57,336 nucleotides of DNA, from IMG/VR virus record IMGVR_UViG_3300028790_000006, positions 1 to 57,336 of that record. The stretch is one strand, 5' to 3'. This DNA is from a virus. Its lineage: Duplodnaviria > Caudoviricetes. Position numbers and translations under genes: made by a program. The notes under the pieces are model-generated. The model worked only from the letters and a program-made list of their open reading frames with translations. It was not told the DNA's origin and did not search any database. Position 1 is the first letter of the stretch; each line of letters starts with the position of its first letter. Below are positions 1 through 8,726 of the stretch, piece after piece.

Positions 1-143
1 CTGGGTAACCGCGTACTCCTGCCCCAACTCGGTCGGGGTGAGCGGTGGGCGCACGGGGCGCCGGGGCCTGGTGGCGGTGCTCATCGCTGGCGGGGCTGAG
101 CAGACTGCGGGGCGTCGGGGTGGCGGTCGATGGCACCGACCGC
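1..143. repeat. Terminal overlap, left copy (circularisation repeat)
   Basis: 1-126 is identical to 57194-57319; the last 17 nt carry 3 mismatches. The ORF that starts at 84 (-) continues across the junction. Confidence 0.95.
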
Positions 144-410
144 CACCAGCCAGTAAATGGCCGCGTTGACCTCGGGCACGGTGGTGCGCACGACGACCTG
201 CAGTACGCTCGGCGAGCCGTCCAGGCGCGCCTTGAGCGTGAGGTCGTCACCCTGGCGTGAGACGTTCAGGTGCCAGACGCCGCTCGGGCGGGTCCAGGTC
301 CAGGAGTGCTCCGACGAACGGAACGCGTGGTCGGGCAGGGCGCGCTCGACGAGGTGAAGTAGGGCGGCTTCGGGCATGGCGGGATGGTTGATGGATCCTG
401 GCATGGGCAT
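81..410 (-). CDS. Hypothetical protein, leaderless
   Basis: ORF 81..431; the ATG at 410 lies 6 nt after a TACCGT -10 box; its stop overlaps the next ATG (ATGA at 81-84). Confidence 0.7.
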   Translation of the reverse strand: MPMPGSINHPAMPEAALLHLVERALPDHAFRSSEHSWTWTRPSGVWHLNVSRQGDDLTLKARLDGSPSVLQVVVRTTVPEVNAAIYWLVAVGAIDRHPDAPQSAQPRQR

Positions 411-428
411 GGGCGGACGGTAGTTGAC

Positions 429-448
429 CACCTAGTGACACGTCAAGT
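429..448. promoter_or_regulatory. Operator/promoter motif copy 1 within overlapping divergent promoters
   Basis: CACCTAGTGACACGTCAAGT. Plus strand: TTGACC-18-TACCGT-7-ATG(461). Minus strand: TTGACG-18-TACCGT-6-ATG(410). Confidence 0.85.
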
Positions 449-460
449 ACCGTCGCGCCC

Positions 461-703
461 ATGGTAGTCAAGACAGAACGTGCCGGTCGCGGAGGTTCCG
501 CGCGAGCCGTGCGCGCGCCGGCCCGCTTCACCGAGCAGCTGGTTGCCCTGGTGGTGCCCACCGTCAAAGAGGGCGTCATGGCCCTGCACGACGAGTACGG
601 CGTCAGCCAGGCCTCGGTGATGCGCGCCATCATCAACGAGGGCCTCCCGCGCATCAAGGCCAAGCTGGCATCCGGTGCGCTGGACCCGTCCACGCTGGCC
701 TGA
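461..703 (+). CDS. Ribbon-helix-helix DNA-binding protein (candidate repressor)
   Basis: 80 aa; pattern FTEQLVALV (strand), PTVKEGVMALHDEYG (helix), VSQASVMRAIINEGL (helix) resembles CopG/Arc/MetJ proteins. Confidence 0.65.
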   Translation: MVVKTERAGRGGSARAVRAPARFTEQLVALVVPTVKEGVMALHDEYGVSQASVMRAIINEGLPRIKAKLASGALDPSTLA

Positions 704-766
704 GGCGTAGCCTTCGCTCGGGCGAGCGGGTCGGCCCAACTCCATACATGACGAAGCCCGGCGCTT

Positions 767-2977
767 GTGGCACCGGGCTCGACGTCGTCAACAGAAAGGT
801 CTGAACTTTCGGTGACGATTCACAATATCTCACAGTTCGCCGAGACGTACTGTGCGCGCGGCTGGGCCGTCATCCCGGTGCGGGCCGGCGCGAAGCTGCC
901 GATCGAGACTGACTGGCCTAACAAGGGTCGCAGGACGGCCGCCGAGGTCGCCGCCGCCTGGACGCTCTATCCGGACGCCAACGTGGGCATTCTGACCGGA
1001 CTGGTGTCCGGGCTCTGGGTGCTCGACGTCGACCCTCAGAACGGCGGCATGCAGGCTCTGGCCGGCCTGGTGGCCGCGTACGGACAGCTGCCGGAGACCT
1101 ACGTCGTGAAGACGCCGTCGGGCGGCCTGCACTACTACTTCCTGCTGCCCGAGGACTTCGAGCCGCGCAACGCCCAGCACGGGCGCAGGGCGGGCCGGCT
1201 GCCGGTGGGCATCGACGTGCGCGGCCGGGGTGGCCAGGTCGTCGCCCCGCCGTCGGTGCGACCCGAGGGTTCCTACCTGGTGCTGGCCGACTTCCCGCTG
1301 TCGCCAGCGCCCGAGTGGCTGCTGGACATGCTGCGCCCCATCGAGCCGGCACAGGCGGCTGGCGCCACCGCGGTGCCGGACGGGGCGGCGGTGCTGGCCC
1401 CGGTCAGCGTCAGTCACCTGTGGGACTCCTGGCTGACCCGCGTGTTCCAGGAAGAACTCGAGCGGCTGGCCCGGGCACCGGAAGGTGCGCGCGACGACGT
1501 GGCGTTCGGGGTGGCCATCCGCCTGGTCGAGATCTGCAACTCGGACTGGAACGTGGTCACCCTCGACGACGCCTATCCGCACTTCATGGCGGCGGCCGCG
1601 GTGGCCAGCGGCAACGGCTCGTCTCCGTTCACCGGGGCTGAGGCCGACCAGAAGTGGCGCAACGCGGTGGCGCGCAAAGGCGGGACCGGCGTGCCACCGC
1701 CGCCACCGCTGGGCATCACCGGCACCGCCTGGACGCCCCCGGTGATGCCGTCCGATTTTGATCAGGCCGGACAGGATCCGGCCAACCCGTTCACGTCACC
1801 GGGCGTTCCCGGGACATCGACCGATATTGCTGGCCAGTTGATCAACGGACCCATTGAGCAGTCAGAACTCTCGGCCTGGGACCACGCGGTGGCCGTCGCG
1901 GTCAGCAAGATCTACGTCAACGAGGAAGCCAAGCGCCAGGTCGAGCAGGCCAAGTTTCTGCGCTCGTGGCGGAAACCGATCACCTACGGAGACCTTGCTC
2001 TGGAGCTGACGCTGCCAGAGTCGGATGTCGTCTGGCGAATCGCGGGGTTGCTGCCGGCCGAGGGTAACGGCGTGGTGGTCGCCCCGCGCAAGACCGGTAA
2101 GACCACGCTCATCGGCGAGCTCATCCGGTCCCTGGCCGACGGCGTGCCGTTCCTGGGCCACGCCTGCACCCCGGTGACCGGCGGCGTAGCGCTGTTCAAC
2201 TACGAGAACACTGAGCGCCAACAGCGGGCCTGGCTGCGCGCCCTGGGCATTCAGAACCAGGAACGCGTCCACGTCCTGCACCTGCGCGGGTCGGCTCTGA
2301 GCCTGAACGTGTCGCAGGTGCGCGCCTACGTCACCGCGTGGCTGCGCGAGCGCCAGATCGAGGTCTGGGTGCCCGACCCGTATCTGCGGGCGGCGCAGGG
2401 CGTGGTGCTCAACGAGAACGACAACGGCCAGGCCAACATCTTCACCGGCGTCCTGGATGAGATTAAGCTCGAGGCCGGCGTCAAGGAAATCGTCATGCCG
2501 GCCCACTCGTCGAATAAGAATGAGATCGAGTCGGGGGCGGAATCAATGCGCGGGGCGGGCCGGGTCGAGGACTGGGCCGACGCCATCTGGTACCTGACCT
2601 CGATCGAGGGAAAGCGCTTTATCCGGGCCACCGGGCGCGATGTTGAATTGCCGGAGACGCAGCTGCAATTTGACCTGGCGACGCGGCATCTGAGCATTGG
2701 CCGGCCCGGGCACGGGCGGAAAGAGGCCGCCCTGGAGGGCGACGTGGCCCAGGTGTCGAAGGTGCTGCGCGAGTGGTCCGAGGCCACCCCTGCCACTCAG
2801 AACCAGCTCAGTGACGCGTGCGGCGGGTGGCGGGCGCAGCGGATCAGGGCTGCTGTCGTCTGGCTCGTTGATCGGAACCTGGCCTGGATCGAGAGTGGCC
2901 CAAATAACTCCAAATACCACCATCACGGCGCAAAGCCTCAAGAGGCAGAGTCAAGTGCTACCGGTGGTGCTACGTAA
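767..2977 (+). CDS. Bifunctional DNA primase/polymerase fused to RecA-type AAA helicase
   Basis: Prim-pol motifs ANVGILTG, VLDVD, TPSGGLHYYF, IDVRGRGGQVVAPPS; Walker A APRKTGKT; RGAGRVEDWAD. The true start may be GTG 812. Confidence 0.9.
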   Translation: MAPGSTSSTERSELSVTIHNISQFAETYCARGWAVIPVRAGAKLPIETDWPNKGRRTAAEVAAAWTLYPDANVGILTGLVSGLWVLDVDPQNGGMQALAGLVAAYGQLPETYVVKTPSGGLHYYFLLPEDFEPRNAQHGRRAGRLPVGIDVRGRGGQVVAPPSVRPEGSYLVLADFPLSPAPEWLLDMLRPIEPAQAAGATAVPDGAAVLAPVSVSHLWDSWLTRVFQEELERLARAPEGARDDVAFGVAIRLVEICNSDWNVVTLDDAYPHFMAAAAVASGNGSSPFTGAEADQKWRNAVARKGGTGVPPPPPLGITGTAWTPPVMPSDFDQAGQDPANPFTSPGVPGTSTDIAGQLINGPIEQSELSAWDHAVAVAVSKIYVNEEAKRQVEQAKFLRSWRKPITYGDLALELTLPESDVVWRIAGLLPAEGNGVVVAPRKTGKTTLIGELIRSLADGVPFLGHACTPVTGGVALFNYENTERQQRAWLRALGIQNQERVHVLHLRGSALSLNVSQVRAYVTAWLRERQIEVWVPDPYLRAAQGVVLNENDNGQANIFTGVLDEIKLEAGVKEIVMPAHSSNKNEIESGAESMRGAGRVEDWADAIWYLTSIEGKRFIRATGRDVELPETQLQFDLATRHLSIGRPGHGRKEAALEGDVAQVSKVLREWSEATPATQNQLSDACGGWRAQRIRAAVVWLVDRNLAWIESGPNNSKYHHHGAKPQEAESSATGGAT

Positions 2978-3069
2978 GTGCTACGGCGTAGTACTGAGAC
3001 GCAGCACCCACGGCTGAGTGGTGGTGCTGCGCCTATAAAGAGCGGCGCACCACACCACCACCGCTCAGG
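2955..3069. other. Putative replication origin (iterons plus inverted repeat)
   Basis: GTGCTAC at 2955, 2967 and 2978; variants GTAGTAC, GCAGCAC, GTGCTGC; CTGAGTGGTGGTG..CACCACCGCTCAG arms around CTATAAAG; lies at the end of the primase-helicase gene. Confidence 0.5.
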
Positions 3070-3124
3070 CCATGGGGGGCGGTCGAGTAACGAAGCGCAC
3101 ACAGAGAGTAAGGGGGCTTGAAAT

Positions 3125-3742
3125 ATGAATCCGATTCATGATTCAGAGCATGCGCTCTACCGCTTCTTTGATGATCAAGGGGCGCTGCTTTACATCGGGC
3201 TCACGGTCAACCTGCCGACCCGACTGCGCGACCACCACCACGGGAAGGCCTGGTGGCAGAGCGTCGCCCGCATGACCGTCCAGCGCTACCCGACCAGGGC
3301 CGAGGTCGTCGAGGCCGAGCGGCTGGCCATCATCGCCGAGCGGCCGATCCACAATGTGCAGCACAACCGACCGAAGAAAGGGGCCAACCCCGTGGGCGCC
3401 GCCGAGCAGGAAGATGTGATTTTTAGCAACGAGTTCGTCGGGTCATTCTTCCATTCCGACGTTACTCGCGGATGGCAGGGAAAAGTCATCGAGTCGCTCG
3501 GCGGTGGGTTCTACTTCGTTGTCACGTTCTCATGGATGAGTGGTGACGAGTGGACCCGCCATGTCGTCTCTTTGTCGGAGATGGGGGCGTGGCGGTTCTA
3601 CTCCTCCGATGAGGCCATGATCCGGGCTGCGCCTAGCGTGTCGAAGGTCTGGGAGCGTGAGCGCGGCCAGGTTTCGGACATGACCAACGAGCAGCTGATC
3701 GAAGCGCTCAAGGCTTCCGCCCCGAAGTCGACTGGCCGGTGA
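3125..3742 (+). CDS. GIY-YIG endonuclease
   Basis: ALYRFFDDQGALLYIGLT, conserved R..H, E..AI..E.P..N. Confidence 0.85.
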   Translation: MNPIHDSEHALYRFFDDQGALLYIGLTVNLPTRLRDHHHGKAWWQSVARMTVQRYPTRAEVVEAERLAIIAERPIHNVQHNRPKKGANPVGAAEQEDVIFSNEFVGSFFHSDVTRGWQGKVIESLGGGFYFVVTFSWMSGDEWTRHVVSLSEMGAWRFYSSDEAMIRAAPSVSKVWERERGQVSDMTNEQLIEALKASAPKSTGR

Positions 3743-3984
3743 CCTGGATCGGGGCGTCGAAGGTGGTCGGTCGCGACGTCCTGACGACCGAGACCTACCC
3801 GTGCCTGTGTTGGGCCCGCCCGCGGGACTGCGGGAAGGACGAGCCCTGGGGGTGCCCGTGCTGGGGGCGCTACGACCTGTCCGCGGTGCCGGAGGGCTGC
3901 TGCGCCCGGCGGAACCTGGCGACGCTGGAAGGCCTCCGTCGCCAGGCCGCGAGACTACTTGACGTGTCACTTGGTCGTGGGTAG
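3739..3984 (+). CDS. Cys-rich hypothetical protein
   Basis: GTGA overlap with the upstream stop; CLC, CPC and CC clusters. Confidence 0.6.
   Translation: MTWIGASKVVGRDVLTTETYPCLCWARPRDCGKDEPWGCPCWGRYDLSAVPEGCCARRNLATLEGLRRQAARLLDVSLGRG
3957..3976 (+). promoter_or_regulatory. Operator/promoter motif copy 2
   Basis: ACTTGACGTGTCACTTGGTC; TTGACG-17-TAGCGT-7-ATG(3995). Confidence 0.85.
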
Positions 3985-3994
3985 CGTCGTGGCC

Positions 3995-4204
3995 ATGGGA
4001 GACGAGAGCACCGAGCGGCTGTTGCTGGACGCCGAGATGACGCGGGCGCTGTCCGCTCTGGACCTGGCCCGGTACCGGTCGCGCCAGCAGCGGAAGGCCT
4101 TCGGCGGTGTTGATCGCGACGTGGCCCGCCGGCTCGAGGCGGCGCTGCGTCGGGTTTGGTGGCTGGAGTCGCAGGCCGTTGCGGCCGCGCTGGTGGCGGC
4201 GTGA
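3995..4204 (+). CDS. Hypothetical protein, leaderless (MGDESTERLL...)
   Basis: In-frame ATG of ORF 3959..4204 just after a -10 box; stop overlaps the methyltransferase GTG. Confidence 0.7.
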   Translation: MGDESTERLLLDAEMTRALSALDLARYRSRQQRKAFGGVDRDVARRLEAALRRVWWLESQAVAAALVAA

Positions 4205-6081
4205 GCGCCGGGGACGTGCGGGTGGTGCGCTACCACGGCGACGCGCTGGAGGCCCTGAGCGGGCTGGCCGATGACCTGGTCGACGCGATCGTCACCGATC
4301 CGCCCTACGAGCTGGGGTTCATGGGCCACACCTGGGACGCGTCGGGCATCGCGTACAACGTCGAGCTGTGGAAGCACTGCCTGCGCGTGCTCAAGCCTGG
4401 CGGACACCTGTTGGCGTTCGGCGGGACGCGGACGGCGCACCGGATGGCCTGCGCCATCGAGGACGCCGGTTTCGAGATCCGCGACTCGATCGCCTGGCTG
4501 TACGGGTCCGGCTTTCCGAAGTCGCTCGACGTCAGCAAGGCGATCGACAAACGCCGCGACGACGGTTCCGACGTCGCGCGTGTCGCGGCCTGGCTCGCAG
4601 ATCAAGCCGAGGCCGCCGCCGTCACCCGTGCCCATGTTGATGCTCACATGGGCACCTCCGACATGGCCGGCTGGTGGCTGTCCCGATTGCCGCACCGCGC
4701 GCAGGTCCCGCAGTGGGACCAATGGCTGCATCTGCGCGAACTGATCGGATTCAGCGACGAGATGGACATTGAGGTCTGGCGCCTCAATGGACGCAAGGGC
4801 ACGCCAGGTGAGCCATGGGCGAATGCCGAGGTGCTCGCCATAGATGAGCGATGGAACGAACCCGGCGTTGTCAACGCGGGCCAGGGCGATCGTGAGCGCG
4901 TCAGTCGAGCGATCAAGGCCCCCGCGACCGACGACGCGAAGCGCTGGGCGGGGTGGGGCACGGCGCTCAAGCCGGCCCATGAGCCGATCGTCGTTGCCCG
5001 CAAGCCGCTGGTCGGGACGGTGGCCGCGAACGTGCTGGCCCATGGGACCGGGGCACTCAACATCGACGCGTGCCGGGTGGGCGATGCCCCCATCACGCAG
5101 CATGGCCGCTCGGCCGGCCAGAGCGACAGCATGTCGGGGCCAAACTGCGCCGAGCCCGCAGGGCGAGCCTGGGTTGGCCGCTGGCCGGCCAATGTCGCCC
5201 TCGACGAGGTGGCCGCGGCCGAGCTCGACGAGCAGAGCGGGACGTTGAAGTCGGGCGCGAATCCGACCCGGCGCAGCAGTGACAAGTTCCGTGACGCCTA
5301 CGGCGAGTTCGCCGGCCAGGAGGAGTGCACGCCGGCCCGGGGTGCCGACGCCGGCGGGGCGTCGCGGTTCTTCCCGGTGTTCCGGTACCAGGCCAAGGCG
5401 CCCACGCGTGAGCGCCCGGAGTACTGGCGACCTTCGTGCAACTGTGAAACAGTTAAGCCATGGCCGGATCAATCACCGCAAAGGGCTATCGACGCATCAG
5501 AATCGGGCGTAGGCAAGTCATGGAGCACGTCTACGTCTGGGAGCGGGAGCACGGCCGAACAGTTCCCGACGGGCACGACGTCCATCACCGGAATGGCGAC
5601 AAGCTCGACAATGACCCCGGAAATCTTCAACTCGTCACAAAGCTTGAGCACAAGCGCATCCATTCCGGATGCGAACTCCGCGGCGATGTCTGGTGGAAGC
5701 CCTGCGGTGTCTGTCGACGACTCAAGCCGGTCGACGCCGAGTATTGGTATTTCTCGGCCGAAGGATGGCCGCTCTACGGTCGCTGCCGACCCTGCCACAT
5801 TGAGCGAGTGGTCAGAGACAAGCGTCTGCGTAAACTGCGGCGCACCGGCTAGGCGTGAAGCGCATGCGACCGTGAAGCCGCTCGACCTCATGCGCTGGCT
5901 CGTCCGGCTGGCCACGCCGCCCGACGGAATCGTGCTCGACCCGTTCGCGGGCAGCGGCACGACGCTCGAGGCCGCGGTGACCGAGGGCATGCGCTGCATC
6001 GGTATTGAGCAGAGCGCGGACTACCTGCCGCTGATCGATGCCCGGATGACCCGGGCCGGCCTGACGGCGGTGGCGGCGTGA
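4201..6081 (+). CDS. Beta-class N6-A/N4-C DNA methyltransferase with HTH-like and Ser/Thr-rich insertions
   Basis: DPPY near the N-terminus, ALKPAHEPI, HATVKP, C-terminal DPFAGSGTT; GTG start at 4201. Confidence 0.92.
   Translation: MSAGDVRVVRYHGDALEALSGLADDLVDAIVTDPPYELGFMGHTWDASGIAYNVELWKHCLRVLKPGGHLLAFGGTRTAHRMACAIEDAGFEIRDSIAWLYGSGFPKSLDVSKAIDKRRDDGSDVARVAAWLADQAEAAAVTRAHVDAHMGTSDMAGWWLSRLPHRAQVPQWDQWLHLRELIGFSDEMDIEVWRLNGRKGTPGEPWANAEVLAIDERWNEPGVVNAGQGDRERVSRAIKAPATDDAKRWAGWGTALKPAHEPIVVARKPLVGTVAANVLAHGTGALNIDACRVGDAPITQHGRSAGQSDSMSGPNCAEPAGRAWVGRWPANVALDEVAAAELDEQSGTLKSGANPTRRSSDKFRDAYGEFAGQEECTPARGADAGGASRFFPVFRYQAKAPTRERPEYWRPSCNCETVKPWPDQSPQRAIDASESGVGKSWSTSTSGSGSTAEQFPTGTTSITGMATSSTMTPEIFNSSQSLSTSASIPDANSAAMSGGSPAVSVDDSSRSTPSIGISRPKDGRSTVAADPATLSEWSETSVCVNCGAPARREAHATVKPLDLMRWLVRLATPPDGIVLDPFAGSGTTLEAAVTEGMRCIGIEQSADYLPLIDARMTRAGLTAVAA
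5460..5852 (+). CDS. HNH endonuclease overprinted in an alternate frame inside the methyltransferase
   Basis: EHVYVWE..VHHRNGDKLDNDPGNLQLV..EHKRIH plus a C-terminal CxxC..CxxC. Confidence 0.85.
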   Translation: MAGSITAKGYRRIRIGRRQVMEHVYVWEREHGRTVPDGHDVHHRNGDKLDNDPGNLQLVTKLEHKRIHSGCELRGDVWWKPCGVCRRLKPVDAEYWYFSAEGWPLYGRCRPCHIERVVRDKRLRKLRRTG

Positions 6082-6386
6082 AGTCGATTGTCGTGGGCTC
6101 GGGCGGTCTGGGGGTCGTGCAGCTGAGCGTGGCCGACCGGTTCGTCTCGCCGGAGCACGCCCGGATCGTGCGCCACGACGACGGGACGCTCTGGGTGGTG
6201 GACCTCGGGTCGACCAACGGCACCAGGCTGACCCGGGCGGGCCAGTCCGCGTACACGGGTGCAGGGGTGCAGGTTCGCGGCTCAGCGGAGCCCTGGCGGG
6301 CCGGATGGACCCTCTGGTTCGGCGCGCGGGTCGGCCTGACGTTGGACGCGCGGGGCTGGGTCAAGCCGGTCAGGCTCGACCTGTGA
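6078..6386 (+). CDS. FHA domain protein
   Basis: VSPEHARI and VVDLGSTNGT are FHA signature motifs. Confidence 0.85.
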   Translation: MKSIVVGSGGLGVVQLSVADRFVSPEHARIVRHDDGTLWVVDLGSTNGTRLTRAGQSAYTGAGVQVRGSAEPWRAGWTLWFGARVGLTLDARGWVKPVRLDL

Positions 6387-8125
6387 CCGCGCCGATGCTG
6401 GCGCTGCGCCCGTACCAGGCCGAAGGCGTCGAGGCGGTGTTCGGGGCGTGGTCGCGCGGCATGCGCCGGCCCGCCCTGGTCTGGGCCACTGGGCTGGGCA
6501 AGACCGTCGGGTTCGCCGCCATCGGGCGGCGGTTCGTCGCGGAGAACCCGGGCCGGCGGGTGCTGGCCATCGCGCACACCACCGAGCTGGTCGACCAGAT
6601 GATGCGCAAGTTCCGCGACGCCGCGCCGGACCTGCGGGTGGGCCGCGTCCAGGGCAACGCCAACGAGACCCTGGCCCAGATCGTCTGCGCGTCGGTGCAG
6701 ACCCTGCGCGGGGAGAACCGCCGGCGCATGATCCGCGACGTTGGGTTAGTAATTGTTGACGAATGTCACCATAGCGTTGCATCTACCTATATGTCCATAT
6801 TGACGCACTACGGGGCGTTGGGGCCGATCCGCCCGGACAGCGCGGTGGCCCTGGGGCTCACCGCCACCATGATGCGCGGCGACGAGCTGGCCCTGGGCGA
6901 GGTCTGGCAGAACGTCGTGCACACCCGCACCATCGCCGAGGGCATCGCCGACGGGTACCTGGTGCGGCCGCGGGGCCTGCACGTCCAGGTCGACGACTTG
7001 GACCTGACCCGCGTGCGGACGTCCGGCGGGGACTACCGCGAAGGCGACCTGGGGCAGGCCATCGAGGACTCGCTGGCGCCTGAGGCCATCGCGAAGGCGG
7101 TCGCCGAGCACGCGCACGATCGCAAGATCCTGCTGTTCGCCCCGACGGTCTCCAGCGCTGAGGTGATCGGCGACGCCCTGAGAGCGTCTGGGCGGACCGT
7201 GGGGCTCATCCACGGGGGATTGGGCGCCGGGCCGCGAAAGGCCGTCCTGGACGCGTACAGGGCTGGGGAAACGCAGATTCTGACGAACTGCATGGTGCTC
7301 ACGGAAGGCTTCGACCATCCGGCCGCGGACTGCGCGGTGATCGCGCGGCCCACCCGGTCGCGTGGGCTCTACATCCAGATCGCCGGCCGGGTGCTGCGCC
7401 CGTGGCCCGGTAAGACCGACGCGCTGCTGCTCGACGTGGTGGGCGCGACCACCCAGCATTCCCTGATTTCGGGCATCACGCTCTTCGGGGACAAGCCGGA
7501 GCGGGCGGACGACGACGAGCGTGGCGATGACGACTTGCGGGACGAGTCGGACATTGGCCTGGAAGATCCAGAAGAATTGGCCCCTGGCCAGCAGGACGCG
7601 CGCCAGGCGCTCGGGCTGCGCGACGGGGCGCTGGTCACCACGGAGGTTGACCTCTTCGCCGGGTCGTCGATGGCGTGGCTGCGGACCCGCGCCGGCGTGT
7701 TCTTCATCGAGGCCGGCGAGCGGTACATCATGATCGTGCCCGGAGCGCCGAAGCGGGCGGCCGACTGGCTGACGCATTTTGGTTTGTCGCAAAACAGTCG
7801 CGGTGAGCGCGCGTTCTGCGGCTACGACGTGGTGGCGGTGTCGAAAAAGGGCCCGCTGGTCCGCCAGGAGATCGTGGCCGGCGTCGAGGATCTGGCGTAC
7901 GCCATGGCCTGGGCTGAGGGTGCGGTCACGCCGGTCGAGAAGATGACGGCGACCCGGGAGCGTTCGTGGCGGGCCAAGCCGCCCAGCGCCGCCCTGTCCG
8001 CCCTGGCCGAACGGCTGCGCGTCTTCGTGCCGCCCGGGGCGCGCTCGGGCGAGGTCTCCAACATGGTGTCCCTGGTGCTGGCCAGCAAGCGCATTGACCC
8101 GCTGCTCGGCGCGTGGACACGCTGA
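6383..8125 (+). CDS. SF2 DExH helicase
   Basis: LRPYQ, ATGLGKT, DECH, TAT, LTEGFD, QIAGRVLR; GTGA start overlap. Confidence 0.93.
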   Translation: MTAPMLALRPYQAEGVEAVFGAWSRGMRRPALVWATGLGKTVGFAAIGRRFVAENPGRRVLAIAHTTELVDQMMRKFRDAAPDLRVGRVQGNANETLAQIVCASVQTLRGENRRRMIRDVGLVIVDECHHSVASTYMSILTHYGALGPIRPDSAVALGLTATMMRGDELALGEVWQNVVHTRTIAEGIADGYLVRPRGLHVQVDDLDLTRVRTSGGDYREGDLGQAIEDSLAPEAIAKAVAEHAHDRKILLFAPTVSSAEVIGDALRASGRTVGLIHGGLGAGPRKAVLDAYRAGETQILTNCMVLTEGFDHPAADCAVIARPTRSRGLYIQIAGRVLRPWPGKTDALLLDVVGATTQHSLISGITLFGDKPERADDDERGDDDLRDESDIGLEDPEELAPGQQDARQALGLRDGALVTTEVDLFAGSSMAWLRTRAGVFFIEAGERYIMIVPGAPKRAADWLTHFGLSQNSRGERAFCGYDVVAVSKKGPLVRQEIVAGVEDLAYAMAWAEGAVTPVEKMTATRERSWRAKPPSAALSALAERLRVFVPPGARSGEVSNMVSLVLASKRIDPLLGAWTR

Positions 8126-8127
8126 GC

Positions 8128-8147
8128 ACTTGACGTTTCACTAGGTC
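8128..8147 (+). promoter_or_regulatory. Operator/promoter motif copy 3
   Basis: ACTTGACGTTTCACTAGGTC; TTGACG-18-TAGGTT-6-ATG(8166). Confidence 0.85.
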
Positions 8148-8165
8148 TGGAAGTAGGTTTCCGTC

Positions 8166-8288
8166 ATGCCAAGCCACCCCGTGCAGCCGACCAAGCCGCC
8201 GCCCCCGATGCGTCCGCAGCCCAAGCCGCTGCCGCCGCAGCCCCGCCCCCAGCCGCATCCCGTCCAGCCCCGGCCCGGCAAGCGATGA
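8166..8288 (+). CDS. 40-aa proline-rich cationic peptide 1
   Basis: MPSHPVQPTKPPPPMRPQPKPLPPQPRPQPHPVQPRPGKR; leaderless start; ATGA overlap with the next gene; below the ORF-track cutoff. Confidence 0.7.
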   Translation: MPSHPVQPTKPPPPMRPQPKPLPPQPRPQPHPVQPRPGKR

Positions 8289-8419
8289 GCGCCCGGACGC
8301 GGCGGGCGCCGCGCTGGTACGACGTCAGCGAGACGACCGGCTACGTGGTCGCGGTGGCCGGCGTGGCGCTGATCGTGGTGTCGGCGGCGGCGTTGTGGGG
8401 GACGGTGCTCAATGGCTGA
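8285..8419 (+). CDS. Small single-pass membrane protein (44 aa)
   Basis: MSARTRRAPRWYDVSETTG followed by hydrophobic YVVAVAGVALIVVSAAALWGTVL; overlaps both neighbours. Confidence 0.65.
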   Translation: MSARTRRAPRWYDVSETTGYVVAVAGVALIVVSAAALWGTVLNG

Positions 8420-8726
8420 GGGTTTGGCCCAGTGCCATCTGCGGTCGGGCGGCGTGGTCGATCACGCTGACCCGTGCACGTGCGGCGGTCGAGTGGTGCC
8501 GCCCGGTGTGTCATCGACGGCGCGGCCCGCTCCTCGCCAGGGGGAAGCGGGCACGGCGTCGTGGCGGGCCGAGCACTGCCGCCTGGGCGACGCTGCGCTG
8601 TTCGAAGCGCAGATGATCGTCGATCGCGAGGTTGGCGATACCCTGGCGCTGTCGGCCGCAGCCCAGGCGTGGGCGGCCATCGCCGCAGCGCACTACGCGG
8701 CGGCGAACGTGCGGTACCGGGCGTGA
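8412..8726 (+). CDS. Hypothetical protein
   Basis: 104-aa ORF coupled to RusA by a GTGA overlap. Confidence 0.55.
   Translation: MAEGLAQCHLRSGGVVDHADPCTCGGRVVPPGVSSTARPAPRQGEAGTASWRAEHCRLGDAALFEAQMIVDREVGDTLALSAAAQAWAAIAAAHYAAANVRYRA

Noticed and set aside
5420-5860. Intein or group I intron in the methyltransferase
   Set aside because: No C-terminal HN-C/S/T splice motif, and too little sequence outside the HNH ORF for a ribozyme core.
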